Notes under the pieces: model-generated | Told to the model about the DNA's origin: nothing | What the model saw: the letters and a program-made list of their open reading frames with translations, nothing else | The model's database searches: none | From: Bdellovibrionales bacterium | GTDB lineage: Bacteria > Bdellovibrionota > Bdellovibrionia > Bdellovibrionales > UBA1609 | Assembly (NCBI GenBank): GCA_965261545.1 | Contig: CBDHDF010000011.1 | Coordinates: 608,001 to 672,000, forward strand | DNA length: 64,000 nt | Direction: 5' to 3' | Translations under genes and position numbers: made by a program | Shown: one piece after another, positions 19,488-28,279 of the stretch | Position numbering within the stretch: position 1 is the stretch's first letter | Layout of the letters: the number at the start of each line of letters is the position of its first letter

Positions 19488-21749
19488 GTGACTGATTTGG
19501 ACAACAAGAAGAATTTACAGTCGAAGGATTTGGAAGGGGGGGCTTTGGTTGGAGAGCCTCGATCGAGCATGTCTTCAGGTTTCTTGCCCCCTCCTCCAGT
19601 GCATAGCGGAGTTCTTTCCTTAAAACACAAGCTTGCAATTTTGATCCTCATTCTTGTCTTTGGTAGTGGAACTGGGGCTCTGGTGTTCATGACTTTTGAT
19701 CTTAGGTCAAAGATGCGTGTGGAAGCTGAGCGTTACGCCGTCACTGTTGCAGGGACCCTGGCTCGCTTGGCAGGGGTTTCTCAAACGGTCATTGGGGAAG
19801 TCGAGACGATTCTTGATCAACAAATGCTGGCTCAAGCTAAGATTACAGCTCATATGGTGGCCGCAGCGGAAAAGTCGGGAGAATCCCAAAGCCAAATTCG
19901 CAACCGCTTAAAATCCATTGTCAAAGAGACCGATATTGACGAATTTTGGATCACAGATCCCACCGGGCGTGCCTATTTGACCAATGTTGATGGGGTTGAT
20001 TTTAGTTTTTCTTCAGATCCCAAAGAACAGCCTCAAGCTTATATTTTTTACCCCCTTCTCAAAGACAAATCTGTTAAGAATGTTGCCCAAGAGGCTCGCA
20101 TTCGTGAAATTGACGACAGCATGTTTAAGTATGTTGGGACCAAAGGTGTTGACATGCAGCGAATTGTTCAGGTGGGCTACGACTTTGAATTTATGGAAGA
20201 TCTCGTCGACCGGGTGGGGCTCAACCGGCTGGTGGAGGCTATTGTTCGCGACAGGCGAGTGGAATCCATTTGGGTCTTTGACAAAAAGCTTTCGGTTTTG
20301 GCCCATAGTTCCGTTGCAAATATGGAGGCTCAACTCTTTTTTGAGGGGACTTCAACTGAGAGTGCTTTAGCATCGGCAAAAGGCTCTGTTGTAAAGGACC
20401 AGGACCCTATTGTAAAAGACTCCACTGTAGGGAAGGATCGTACTCAAGGAGAAGAAGGAGTTCGAGGGACCCCCTCTGAGGAGGATGAAAATATTGTCCA
20501 AGGGGTTCTCAGCTCCAGTAGAATCGCCCTTTCTTTTGATGGAGGGCATATTCGTGTGGTGGCTCCCATTTTGTCTCCCAACAGCAAAGTGGTTCTAGGA
20601 GCCACTCTTATTCGCTTTCCCACAGATGCTCTTCGTCAGCTTTTAAACCAATCTCTGCAAAAGACCCTAGGTTTTGGAATCATTGCTCTTATCTTGTCCA
20701 TTATCGTCGCCACTATTGTGGGGGGGTGGTTGAGTCGTCCCATTTTGGCTTTAACTTCCTCGGTGCGCGCACTCTATGGAGGACAACTCAATTTATTACC
20801 CATTGCACCTTTTACGAGTCGGAAGGATGAACTGGGAACTTTTGTTCGAGAATTTCAACGCATGGCTGTGGATATCCACCAAAAAAAAGAAGAACTCGAT
20901 CAGTTGGTGAGGGAGCGCACCGCAGCCCTGGAAAATGCACAAAAGCAAATGCGTGATGAAGTGGCCTTGGCAAGTTCCTTTCAGGCGGCCCTTCTTCCCA
21001 AGCCTCCAAAGCACAATCGCTTTTCTGGCTATGGATTTATGCGTCCGGCCAAAGAGATGGGAGGAGATTTTTACGATATCTTTACCATTGATGAAGACCA
21101 CTTAGGTTTTGCCATTGCCGACGTGTCGGGCAAGGGAATCCCTGCGGCTTTTTTCATGTCTGTATCTCGTACAGAGCTACGCAATGAGGGGATCACAGGA
21201 GGTAGCCCCGCTCTTGTTCTTGAGCGTGTCAACGCCAAGCTTTGTGAAGAAAATCCCTTAGAGATGTTTGTCACCGTTTTTTACGCCATTTTAGACCATA
21301 AAAATGGAATTCTCAAATATGCCAACGGTGGCCACAATCCACCTTATATCATTTCAGACCCAAATTCATTCCATTCATCTCCACCTCACTCGTCCGACGC
21401 CTCCAAAAATACGAGGGTGGAGCAGATACCTTCCAAGGGAGATTTGGTTTTAGGTATGATTGAAAATATCAGCTTTCATGAGGGTGAAGTGAAACTTAAA
21501 CCCAACGACACTCTCTTTCTCTACACGGATGGTATATGTGAGGCTTTTAATCTTGAAAAACAGGAGTTTACCAATCGGCGTATGGAGGAAGTTTTTCAAG
21601 CAGGTCTATTTAAGAATGATGAGGATGCTATTGATCAAATGTTAGCCGCTGTGGATAGTCACGTGGGTGAAGCTCCACAGTCCGATGATATAACATGTCT
21701 ATCTCTACGTTGGTATGGAGATAGTGAAGACCAGTCGTCGCAGGGCTAG
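19488..21749 (+). CDS. Membrane sensor PP2C/SpoIIE (RsbU-like) phosphatase with HAMP domain
   Basis: Two TM segments flank a large extracytoplasmic domain; HAMP (RKDELG), GGDFYD, IADVSGKG, YTDG and QSDDIT. Start uncertain. Confidence 0.88.
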   Translation: MTDLDNKKNLQSKDLEGGALVGEPRSSMSSGFLPPPPVHSGVLSLKHKLAILILILVFGSGTGALVFMTFDLRSKMRVEAERYAVTVAGTLARLAGVSQTVIGEVETILDQQMLAQAKITAHMVAAAEKSGESQSQIRNRLKSIVKETDIDEFWITDPTGRAYLTNVDGVDFSFSSDPKEQPQAYIFYPLLKDKSVKNVAQEARIREIDDSMFKYVGTKGVDMQRIVQVGYDFEFMEDLVDRVGLNRLVEAIVRDRRVESIWVFDKKLSVLAHSSVANMEAQLFFEGTSTESALASAKGSVVKDQDPIVKDSTVGKDRTQGEEGVRGTPSEEDENIVQGVLSSSRIALSFDGGHIRVVAPILSPNSKVVLGATLIRFPTDALRQLLNQSLQKTLGFGIIALILSIIVATIVGGWLSRPILALTSSVRALYGGQLNLLPIAPFTSRKDELGTFVREFQRMAVDIHQKKEELDQLVRERTAALENAQKQMRDEVALASSFQAALLPKPPKHNRFSGYGFMRPAKEMGGDFYDIFTIDEDHLGFAIADVSGKGIPAAFFMSVSRTELRNEGITGGSPALVLERVNAKLCEENPLEMFVTVFYAILDHKNGILKYANGGHNPPYIISDPNSFHSSPPHSSDASKNTRVEQIPSKGDLVLGMIENISFHEGEVKLKPNDTLFLYTDGICEAFNLEKQEFTNRRMEEVFQAGLFKNDEDAIDQMLAAVDSHVGEAPQSDDITCLSLRWYGDSEDQSSQG

Positions 21750-21995
21750 TATAGGGATAATGTGGAGAGTAGGGTGGTATAGATAGTGGCAAAAGGTCGT
21801 TGATCTGAACACTTAACGCTTAATATTTATATTTATACTTAGTATACTTGAGTATGTTTAAGTAAATTTATGTATACTTAAGCTACTTGTAGGTTACTTG
21901 TAAGTTACCTGTACTTAAACTTCAGTGAGTGACGATACCTAGGGGATCCCCCACAGGGTGGTTCGTGGCATTCAACCAAGGGTAAGGATGGTGTT

Positions 21996-23720
21996 TTGGC
22001 TCAAACTTGTGTCGGCATAGATCTAGGTTCCTATAGTATTAAGGTGGCTGAAATCAAGTCTTCTTCCAAAGGTCTGGCTTTAGTTCGCCTGGAGGAGTAC
22101 CCCTTAAGTCTGGACATCCATCAAGATCGAAAAATTGAAATCATCGAATTGCTTTTAAGGCTTTCCAATGAATACACAGAAGATGTTCAGTTTATTTTGG
22201 GGGTTCAACAGCGTCTTGTCAGCGTACGCTTATGTCGATTTCCTTTTCGAGAAAGACATAAAATCTTAAAAAGTGTCTCTTTTGAATTGGAAGATGAGAT
22301 TCCCTTCACTCAAGAAGATGCCATTTTTGATGTGAAGGTGGTTCAGCATAAAGGCCACCAAGCGGAGGTCCTCGCTATTGCTTGCCCTAAAAATTATGTG
22401 CGCGATCTTATAGAGCTTTGTCAAGATAGCTCTATTAAGCCTCATATTCTGAGTGTGGGAGGACTGGCCACAGCCAATATTTTTGGTCGGTGGGTGGGAA
22501 TCAGTAATCCCTTGGAAGACAATAGCATGCTCATGGAGACTGAGGAGATGATGGTGGAGGAGGGGCTTCCGGGCACGCCTCCTACAGCGACTTCTTCATC
22601 CCGTGTTGTTCTCCAAATGGGTCACACAAGTAGTGTGCTTATGATCTTTAAGGAGGAAGTGCTTTTTGATGTGCGCCATATAGACTTTGGTGGATATCAT
22701 GTCGCTGAAGCTATCGCAGAACACTACAAGATATCTTTTACAGAAGCTTTACATGAGTTACGAGCTAAACCCTATGTTCTTCTTAGTCACGAGGGGGCCA
22801 CCAAAGAGCAAATTATATTTTCTAACATTATTAAAAGGTCTTTTCATTATTTTTCTATACAGGTGCGCCTTACTCTCCTTGAAGACCAGGCTAGATTTAA
22901 TCTGAAGTACGTTGAAGTCTCCATGACGGGGGGATTGAGTCGAATTAAGAATATTGGCGCCTACCTTACTCAAACCATTGAAATACCCACCAATCGTCTC
23001 AAATACATTTCTCCCATTCCTGAGGTGGAAATGGAATCCGAAGAGTCCACATTGGTTTGGGGGCTGACTGCCGTTGGCCTCGCCATGGAGGGCTTTAAAA
23101 GGCCCAAGAATCCAGCAACCAACCTCTTGCAGGGGGAATTCGCTATCAAGGGTGATGGCTTTCAACACTTTTGGGAAAAGTGGTCTTATACGGTACAAGT
23201 ATGTGCCGTAGCTTTTGTACTTTTTTGTACCTTTGCCCTTATTCGTTATAACTTAGCCGTAGAGGCTCAATCCCAGGTCAAAAAACAAGTGAAAAAGCAG
23301 GCGAAGGTCATCGCTGGTCTCAAAGGCCGCCAAGCTCGAGAGAAAAAAATTAAGGCGCTTATTAAGTCCAATAAGAAAATCAGCAAAAGCATGTCATCGG
23401 CTAAGAAAATTCAAAAATTAACCTCAGCTATGGAGATATTGAAGCAAGTATCAGAGGCTGTTCCCTCAAAGTCAGACATTGGTCTCAATATTAAGTCTAT
23501 GACCATCTTGAGAGGAGATGTGACATTGGTTGGTGAGGTTGGCCAATCTTCTCACCTTATTTCCTTGTTGAGTGGTTTAAAGAAAATCGCCAAGGGTTCC
23601 CAGGTGGAGACACTAAAACCTTCCCAAAGTCCTTCTAAAAAAGGACAAGTTGCCTTTAGTTACAAATTCAAGATGAATTTTCTTTCGGAGAAGGGGGCGG
23701 CTCCAAGAGGTAAAATGTGA
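21996..23720 (+). CDS. gspL: Type II secretion GspL / PilM-like actin-fold protein
   Basis: GIDLGSYSIKVAE, MTGGLSRI, then a TM segment and a PilN-like C-terminus. Confidence 0.75.
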   Translation: MAQTCVGIDLGSYSIKVAEIKSSSKGLALVRLEEYPLSLDIHQDRKIEIIELLLRLSNEYTEDVQFILGVQQRLVSVRLCRFPFRERHKILKSVSFELEDEIPFTQEDAIFDVKVVQHKGHQAEVLAIACPKNYVRDLIELCQDSSIKPHILSVGGLATANIFGRWVGISNPLEDNSMLMETEEMMVEEGLPGTPPTATSSSRVVLQMGHTSSVLMIFKEEVLFDVRHIDFGGYHVAEAIAEHYKISFTEALHELRAKPYVLLSHEGATKEQIIFSNIIKRSFHYFSIQVRLTLLEDQARFNLKYVEVSMTGGLSRIKNIGAYLTQTIEIPTNRLKYISPIPEVEMESEESTLVWGLTAVGLAMEGFKRPKNPATNLLQGEFAIKGDGFQHFWEKWSYTVQVCAVAFVLFCTFALIRYNLAVEAQSQVKKQVKKQAKVIAGLKGRQAREKKIKALIKSNKKISKSMSSAKKIQKLTSAMEILKQVSEAVPSKSDIGLNIKSMTILRGDVTLVGEVGQSSHLISLLSGLKKIAKGSQVETLKPSQSPSKKGQVAFSYKFKMNFLSEKGAAPRGKM

Positions 23721-24445
23721 GTTTCGACGACATTAAAGACCAAGTCAAGGATAAATGGGCTGAACTGCAAGACCAACTCGAAGAAAGCACTGTTTACAAT
23801 AACTTCAAAGAAAAGTTTCTCGAATTTCCGGTGGCTGTGCAAAGAGTTATCGTTGTGGGCGGCCTTCTCTTTGGAGCTTGGCTTGTGATGGCTCTGCCCA
23901 TGTCTTATATGAGTTCCGCCAGTGAGTCTATAGATTCGTATGACTCCCAACTGAAGTTAATAGATGAACTTTTTGAGTATGGGCGAGTGGATCCATCCAT
24001 GTCAGGGCTGCCACAGGGAGAGAGCCTTGCGGGTATGATAAGTGTTTTTCGCTCTTCGCTGCAATCCTTTCAATTGCTTTCTGAGCAAATTGTAGAGGTG
24101 AAGGAGGCTTCTACCAAGGAGTGGGGAGAGCCCACCCTGGCAACTCCCCCGATCATACAGTCTCATTTTCAAGTGAAGCTCCAGTGGCTCACAGTTCAAC
24201 AGATTATTGATATTGGCTTTCGACTTCAGAGTTTAAAATCCCATGTCAGAATGCTTGGTTTAGATATTCAGGAAGATCGAGAAAAGAACCACTACTATAA
24301 CGTCACCTATAAATTTGCGGGATTCTCTCTTCCTAAGCTCGAAGTGGAAGATGTAAGTGAAGATGGAGATGAAAAAGTTGGCAAGGGTGGGAAAAAGAAA
24401 CGAAAGAAACTGAGAAAGAGAAAAAAGCATCGTTCAAAAAAGTAG
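23717..24445 (+). CDS. Type II secretion GspM-like protein
   Basis: Single TM segment plus periplasmic domain, lying between gspL and gspN; GTGA overlap with gspL. Confidence 0.55.
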   Translation: MSFDDIKDQVKDKWAELQDQLEESTVYNNFKEKFLEFPVAVQRVIVVGGLLFGAWLVMALPMSYMSSASESIDSYDSQLKLIDELFEYGRVDPSMSGLPQGESLAGMISVFRSSLQSFQLLSEQIVEVKEASTKEWGEPTLATPPIIQSHFQVKLQWLTVQQIIDIGFRLQSLKSHVRMLGLDIQEDREKNHYYNVTYKFAGFSLPKLEVEDVSEDGDEKVGKGGKKKRKKLRKRKKHRSKK

Positions 24446-24529
24446 GACCAAATAGTAGTTGCGTTAAGCCCGCCAAAGTAGCGCCAAGTACGCCAAATTA
24501 GTGCCAATGAATATCAGTGAGGAATTTTT

Positions 24530-25522
24530 ATGGTGATGATAATGGTACCCCTTCAATGGATGAAAAATTTGTTAAAGTATCACAAAAAGAAAATAGCTCT
24601 TGTGGTACTCCTCATCTTTTTGTTTTTTATTCTTCTTTTTCCGTATAAAGATCTCTCGAATTTACTCACGTTTCAAGTTTCAAAGGCCACCCAGAACCAA
24701 GTTTTTCTAAGGTTTGATAAAATTGGTTTAAGCTTTCTTCCTGGCTTGGGGATTAAGCTCACTGATGTTCGCATTGATACGCCATCTTTGCCCACGATCC
24801 AAGTGGACCAACTCTCTATTGCCTTTTCCCTGATGAAGCTTCTTGTTTTTAAGGTCGTTTTAAATCTTTCGGCCCAGGGTTTGTGGGAAGGCCAAGTTCA
24901 GTTTGCAGGGGAAGTCGAAAATATGCGCAGTTCTCCCCATCTTTCCTCGGCAAGCCTGAAATTTGAAAACATCAACCTCCAAAGGCTTTCAGCCTTTATT
25001 CAAAGTTCTCGAAAATCTCCTTTAGAATTTGTGGGGCAACTTAAGGGTCAAATGGAGTGGGAGGTTGAGGACCCTAGCTTTAAGAAGCAGCCTCGTGGTC
25101 AAATGGTTGTGACTGTGACCAATATGCAACCCCCCTCCTCTGTATCCACAGCTCTTGGCCCCTTAGCCCTGCCAGATATAAAATTTTCATCTCTCTCCAT
25201 GAAGGTTCGCTTGGGAGGAGGGCAAGTGATGATTGATGAGGGGCGCCTTGGTCAAAATCAAGAGCCCATGAGTGGGCAGTTCAAAGGAAAAGTTGGGCTC
25301 AAGTGGAGGCGGGCAGGAACTAAATTGAGTGTGAATCTCAAGGATTACGAATTGAAATTAGATATGCATGTCAAAAAATCACTCAAGTCTGAGCTTGCCT
25401 TATTTTTGGGCTTTATCGGAAAATTTGAAACCAAAACCAATGATGGGTCACGCTACTTGTTTGAAGTGAGTGGCCCTAATTTTCGGTCTTCCCCTAACTT
25501 AACCTCCATCCAGAAGCTATAA
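24530..25522 (+). CDS. gspN: Type II secretion GspN-like protein
   Basis: N-terminal TM segment ending LFPY and a beta-rich body; position in the gspL-M-N cluster. Confidence 0.65.
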   Translation: MVMIMVPLQWMKNLLKYHKKKIALVVLLIFLFFILLFPYKDLSNLLTFQVSKATQNQVFLRFDKIGLSFLPGLGIKLTDVRIDTPSLPTIQVDQLSIAFSLMKLLVFKVVLNLSAQGLWEGQVQFAGEVENMRSSPHLSSASLKFENINLQRLSAFIQSSRKSPLEFVGQLKGQMEWEVEDPSFKKQPRGQMVVTVTNMQPPSSVSTALGPLALPDIKFSSLSMKVRLGGGQVMIDEGRLGQNQEPMSGQFKGKVGLKWRRAGTKLSVNLKDYELKLDMHVKKSLKSELALFLGFIGKFETKTNDGSRYLFEVSGPNFRSSPNLTSIQKL

Positions 25523-25529
25523 GCTATTT

Positions 25530-25559
25530 ACCTGAATTCCCCAAATTTTTGAACTAGGT
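25530..25559 (+). repeat. 30-bp dispersed element, copy A (variant core)
   Basis: ACCTGAATTCCCC-AAATTTTTG-AACTAGGT. Confidence 0.65.
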
Positions 25560-25745
25560 GTTAGACGACAATCAAATCAAGATGAATTTTACTCTGTGGC
25601 TTTTCGAAAATGTATGTACACATCTTTGGAAGACATTCAAAAAGATTTGGATGAATACGTGTGGAAGTATTATAGTGGACCCCAAAAACAGACTGGTTGC
25701 TAAGTTACACCGCAGCGGGTAAAAAGCCCCTCATAGGAGGGGATA

Positions 25746-26036
25746 ATGAGAAAGAAACACAGCGCACAATTTAAGGCCAGAGTCGCACTTGACGCCATTC
25801 GTGAGACTGACACAATGGCAGAGTTGGCCTCCAAGCATGGAGTTCACCGCATCCAAATCCAAGATTGGAAGAAGCAAGCTATTGAAGCCATTCCTAAGGC
25901 CTTAGCGAGCAAAAAAAAGGACAACAACGAGGTAGAAGAACAAAGAAAAACCATTGATGAATTGTATCGGCAAATAGGGCAGTTAAAGGTTGAAAATGAT
26001 TGGTTAAAAAAAAAATCTGAGAGCTTCAATGCCTGA
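25746..26036 (+). CDS. IS3 transposase OrfA (HTH)
   Basis: [14 protein letters not shown]...WKKQ...[18 protein letters not shown]; an A-run at ~26005-26014 is a likely -1 frameshift site. Confidence 0.92.
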   Translation: MRKKHSAQFKARVALDAIRETDTMAELASKHGVHRIQIQDWKKQAIEAIPKALASKKKDNNEVEEQRKTIDELYRQIGQLKVENDWLKKKSESFNA

Positions 26037-26877
26037 GAAAAAAGCCGCTATCAATTGGAAACATCCAAATATTTGTGTCACTCGCCAATGTGAGTTGCTA
26101 GGACTCTCTAAGGGAGCCTTGTACTACAAGCCCATACCTGAGAGTGCCTACAACTTAAAACTGATGAGTTTAATTGACAAACAGTACTTGGAGACCCCTT
26201 TTTATGGGAGCCGTAAAATGGCAGCTCACTTAAGACTTAATGGCCATGGGGTCAACCGCAAGAGGATTCAGCGGCTCATGGAAAAGATGTGTCTTTTCGC
26301 TATCTTCCCAGGTCCAAACACCAGTCAGCGAAACCATCAGCATAAGGTTTATCCCTACCTACTTAAGGGGCTTAATATCTGCTTCCCCAACCAAGTGTGG
26401 GCTACTGATATTACTTTTATAAGGTTGTCTGGTGGCTTTGCTTACTTGGTAGCTGTGATAGATTGGTTTAGCCGATTTGTTCTGTCTTGGAGACTTTCTA
26501 ATAGCCTTGAGACAACTTTTTGTTTAGAAGTCTTTGAGGAAGCCATAGAAACATTTGGTTGCCCTGATATCGTCAATACTGATCAAGGGTGCCAATTCAC
26601 TTCTGAGGTTTTCACAAAATTATTGAAAAATCATGGAATCTCGATCAGTATGGACGGCAAAGGCAGGTGTTTAGACAACATCATGATCGAGCGGCTTTGG
26701 CGGTCTGTTAAGTACGAAGAGGTTTACTTGAAAGGCTATCAAGACAAATCAATGGTTCAAGCCAACAAAGGTTTTAAAACGTATTTTAATTTTTATAATA
26801 ATAAAAGGCCACACCAGTCTCTTCAGGATTGCACCCCTTATCAGGTGCATATGGGAGAGGTGGATTTAACACATTAA
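26029..26877 (+). CDS. IS3 transposase OrfB (DDE integrase core)
   Basis: [31 protein letters not shown] and [10 protein letters not shown]. Confidence 0.94.
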   Translation: MPEKKAAINWKHPNICVTRQCELLGLSKGALYYKPIPESAYNLKLMSLIDKQYLETPFYGSRKMAAHLRLNGHGVNRKRIQRLMEKMCLFAIFPGPNTSQRNHQHKVYPYLLKGLNICFPNQVWATDITFIRLSGGFAYLVAVIDWFSRFVLSWRLSNSLETTFCLEVFEEAIETFGCPDIVNTDQGCQFTSEVFTKLLKNHGISISMDGKGRCLDNIMIERLWRSVKYEEVYLKGYQDKSMVQANKGFKTYFNFYNNKRPHQSLQDCTPYQVHMGEVDLTH

Positions 26878-27301
26878 CACGGGGCTTCTTTGTGCGCTGT
26901 GGTGTAGCTTAAAAATCAAGTTTTTCAGTCTGACATTGGGGTCCACCTCATATAACAATGAATGAACGAACGAACCAAGGAAAACGCTGTCAAGGTAGAA
27001 CTCCCAAAGAAACTTGGGATGCAGGCTACAAGCTCTATCAAAAATATGTCATAGATAACCAGAAGTGTGAGATCGAGACCGTAATTTCAACAAACGGCGA
27101 AGCCTTTGTTGAAACGGCCCGAAGCACAAAAATTCAATAAACAGTAGCCAATTACTAGAGGGCCGCGGGGCACTGGACCCCTTCGCCCCAAAATCAAAAA
27201 ATGAGGAGATGACTATACGCATATAAAATCTGTAGAAAAGACTGTGGCAAGGAGTGTCATGTCAACACAATTCTAAACTACTGCAGCTTATATCTATGTC
27301 T

Positions 27302-27736
27302 TCATAAACCGAATTCTTGGTCTGAGGGAATCGTCAAGGACTTCTCTCGTATTTTTTGTAAGCGCCTTTTTTGTTGAATATACTTTTTCCTCACTTGTCG
27401 ACGATCCTTGTCCCTTTTGTCTTGCATGGCTTGATACAATTCAGGCAACGCAGTACTTTGATTTTTCTTCTTTCGGCCTATTTTGATAAACTGACGGCGC
27501 AATTTATCATTTTTCTTCTTTTGATTTTGACGCACCTTTTTATGATCTTTTGCCAAGTGTTGACGAGCGAAGGTCTTTCGTTTTTTTTCCTGAAAACGCT
27601 GGTAAAAGTCTTGATATCGCCTTTCAGAACGATTTTTCTCAGACTCAAAATCACTTTGAGCCAAAGCAGAGTTTCCTCCCATGACCATGAGAAATCCTCC
27701 AATAAAAACAACAAAAATAAGAGTCACAAAATTCAT
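27302..27736 (-). CDS. Hypothetical secreted basic coiled-coil protein
   Basis: Signal peptide ending ALA; Lys/Arg-rich helical body. Confidence 0.6.
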   Translation of the reverse strand: MNFVTLIFVVFIGGFLMVMGGNSALAQSDFESEKNRSERRYQDFYQRFQEKKRKTFARQHLAKDHKKVRQNQKKKNDKLRRQFIKIGRKKKNQSTALPELYQAMQDKRDKDRRQVRKKYIQQKRRLQKIREKSLTIPSDQEFGL

Positions 27737-27895
27737 ATCTATATGATTCCCTAGGGTTATCAGATCATCTTCTACTCATCTATAGATTATGCCTGAGTCT
27801 GCTCATGCTGTAAATTAAATGTGAAGCTCCCAGTGATGTGCTAAAAACCCATGGCACAGCAACCCCTCCACAAAGAATTGACACAAAGGCTAGTA

Positions 27896-27925
27896 ACCTG
27901 AATTCCCCTCCAGTTATAACTAGGT
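27896..27925 (+). repeat. 30-bp dispersed element, copy B
   Basis: ACCTGAATTCCCCTCCAGTTATAACTAGGT, identical to 52462-52491. Confidence 0.85.
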
Positions 27926-27927
27926 TT

Positions 27928-28001
27928 ATTGGGTGAAGGGCCGGTTACCCGACCCAGCCCCCATTACCACCACATCGTGCCCTATTAAGGCAATGGGCGG
28001 A
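27928..28001 (-). mobile_element. Group II intron 3' end (DV and DVI only)
   Basis: Close homologue of 8264-8336: CCGCCCATTGCCTTAATAGGGCACGATGTGGTGG...CCCTTCACCCAAT. Confidence 0.82.
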
Positions 28002-28026
28002 GTCGAGTAGGGAAGGAGGTTTCCCT
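28002..28026 (-). mobile_element. Probable 3' end (partial DVI) of a second, different group II intron
   Basis: AGGGAAACCTCCTTCCCTACTCGAC: a GAAA-capped stem, a CCTACTC branch region and a terminal AC. Confidence 0.55.
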
Positions 28027-28048
28027 ATTATACAATACTTTATTCTGA

Positions 28049-28111
28049 CTAGGGCGTGTCCTCATTTTGGCCAAGCGCATCCAGCCTGGTGAAGCCAGCA
28101 CTAAAGTCTAG
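28049..28111 (-). mobile_element. IS5-family-like right end remnant
   Basis: CTAG followed by AGGGCGTGTCCTCA, resembling IS5-group termini as recalled from memory. Confidence 0.45.
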
Positions 28112-28279
28112 GATGAATTAAAATTATGCTTAAGTTCTGACAACTAATGACCAAATAAGAACCAACATTTAAATTCTAACTACATGCATCTGGACTTCAG
28201 TCCAACAGAAAAATGGCTTTTGGATTATGACACTCCGTGGACAAAATGGAGCCTTTTCAATAGAGGATATCTTAGCTTT

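Larger units (their letters stand above)
25671..26950 (+). mobile_element. Intact IS3-family insertion sequence (1280 bp)
   Basis: IRL TATAGTGGACCCCAAAAACAGACTG; IRR (reverse complement) TGAGGTGGACCCCAATGTCAGACTG; 3-bp target duplication TAT at 25668-25670 and 26951-26953. Confidence 0.93.
25561..27285 (+). mobile_element. IS481-family remnant (transposase C-terminus plus right end), interrupted by IS3
   Basis: QDEFYSVAFRKCMYTSLEDIQKDLDEYVWKY | YNNE..RTNQGKRCQGRTP is continuous across the IS3. The right end ...TGTCATGTCAACACAATTCTAAACTACTGCA is shared with 10893-10975. Confidence 0.82.

Noticed and set aside
26958..27140. 60-aa stand-alone ORF
   Set aside because: It is the frameshifted C-terminal tail of the IS481 transposase, not a separate gene.
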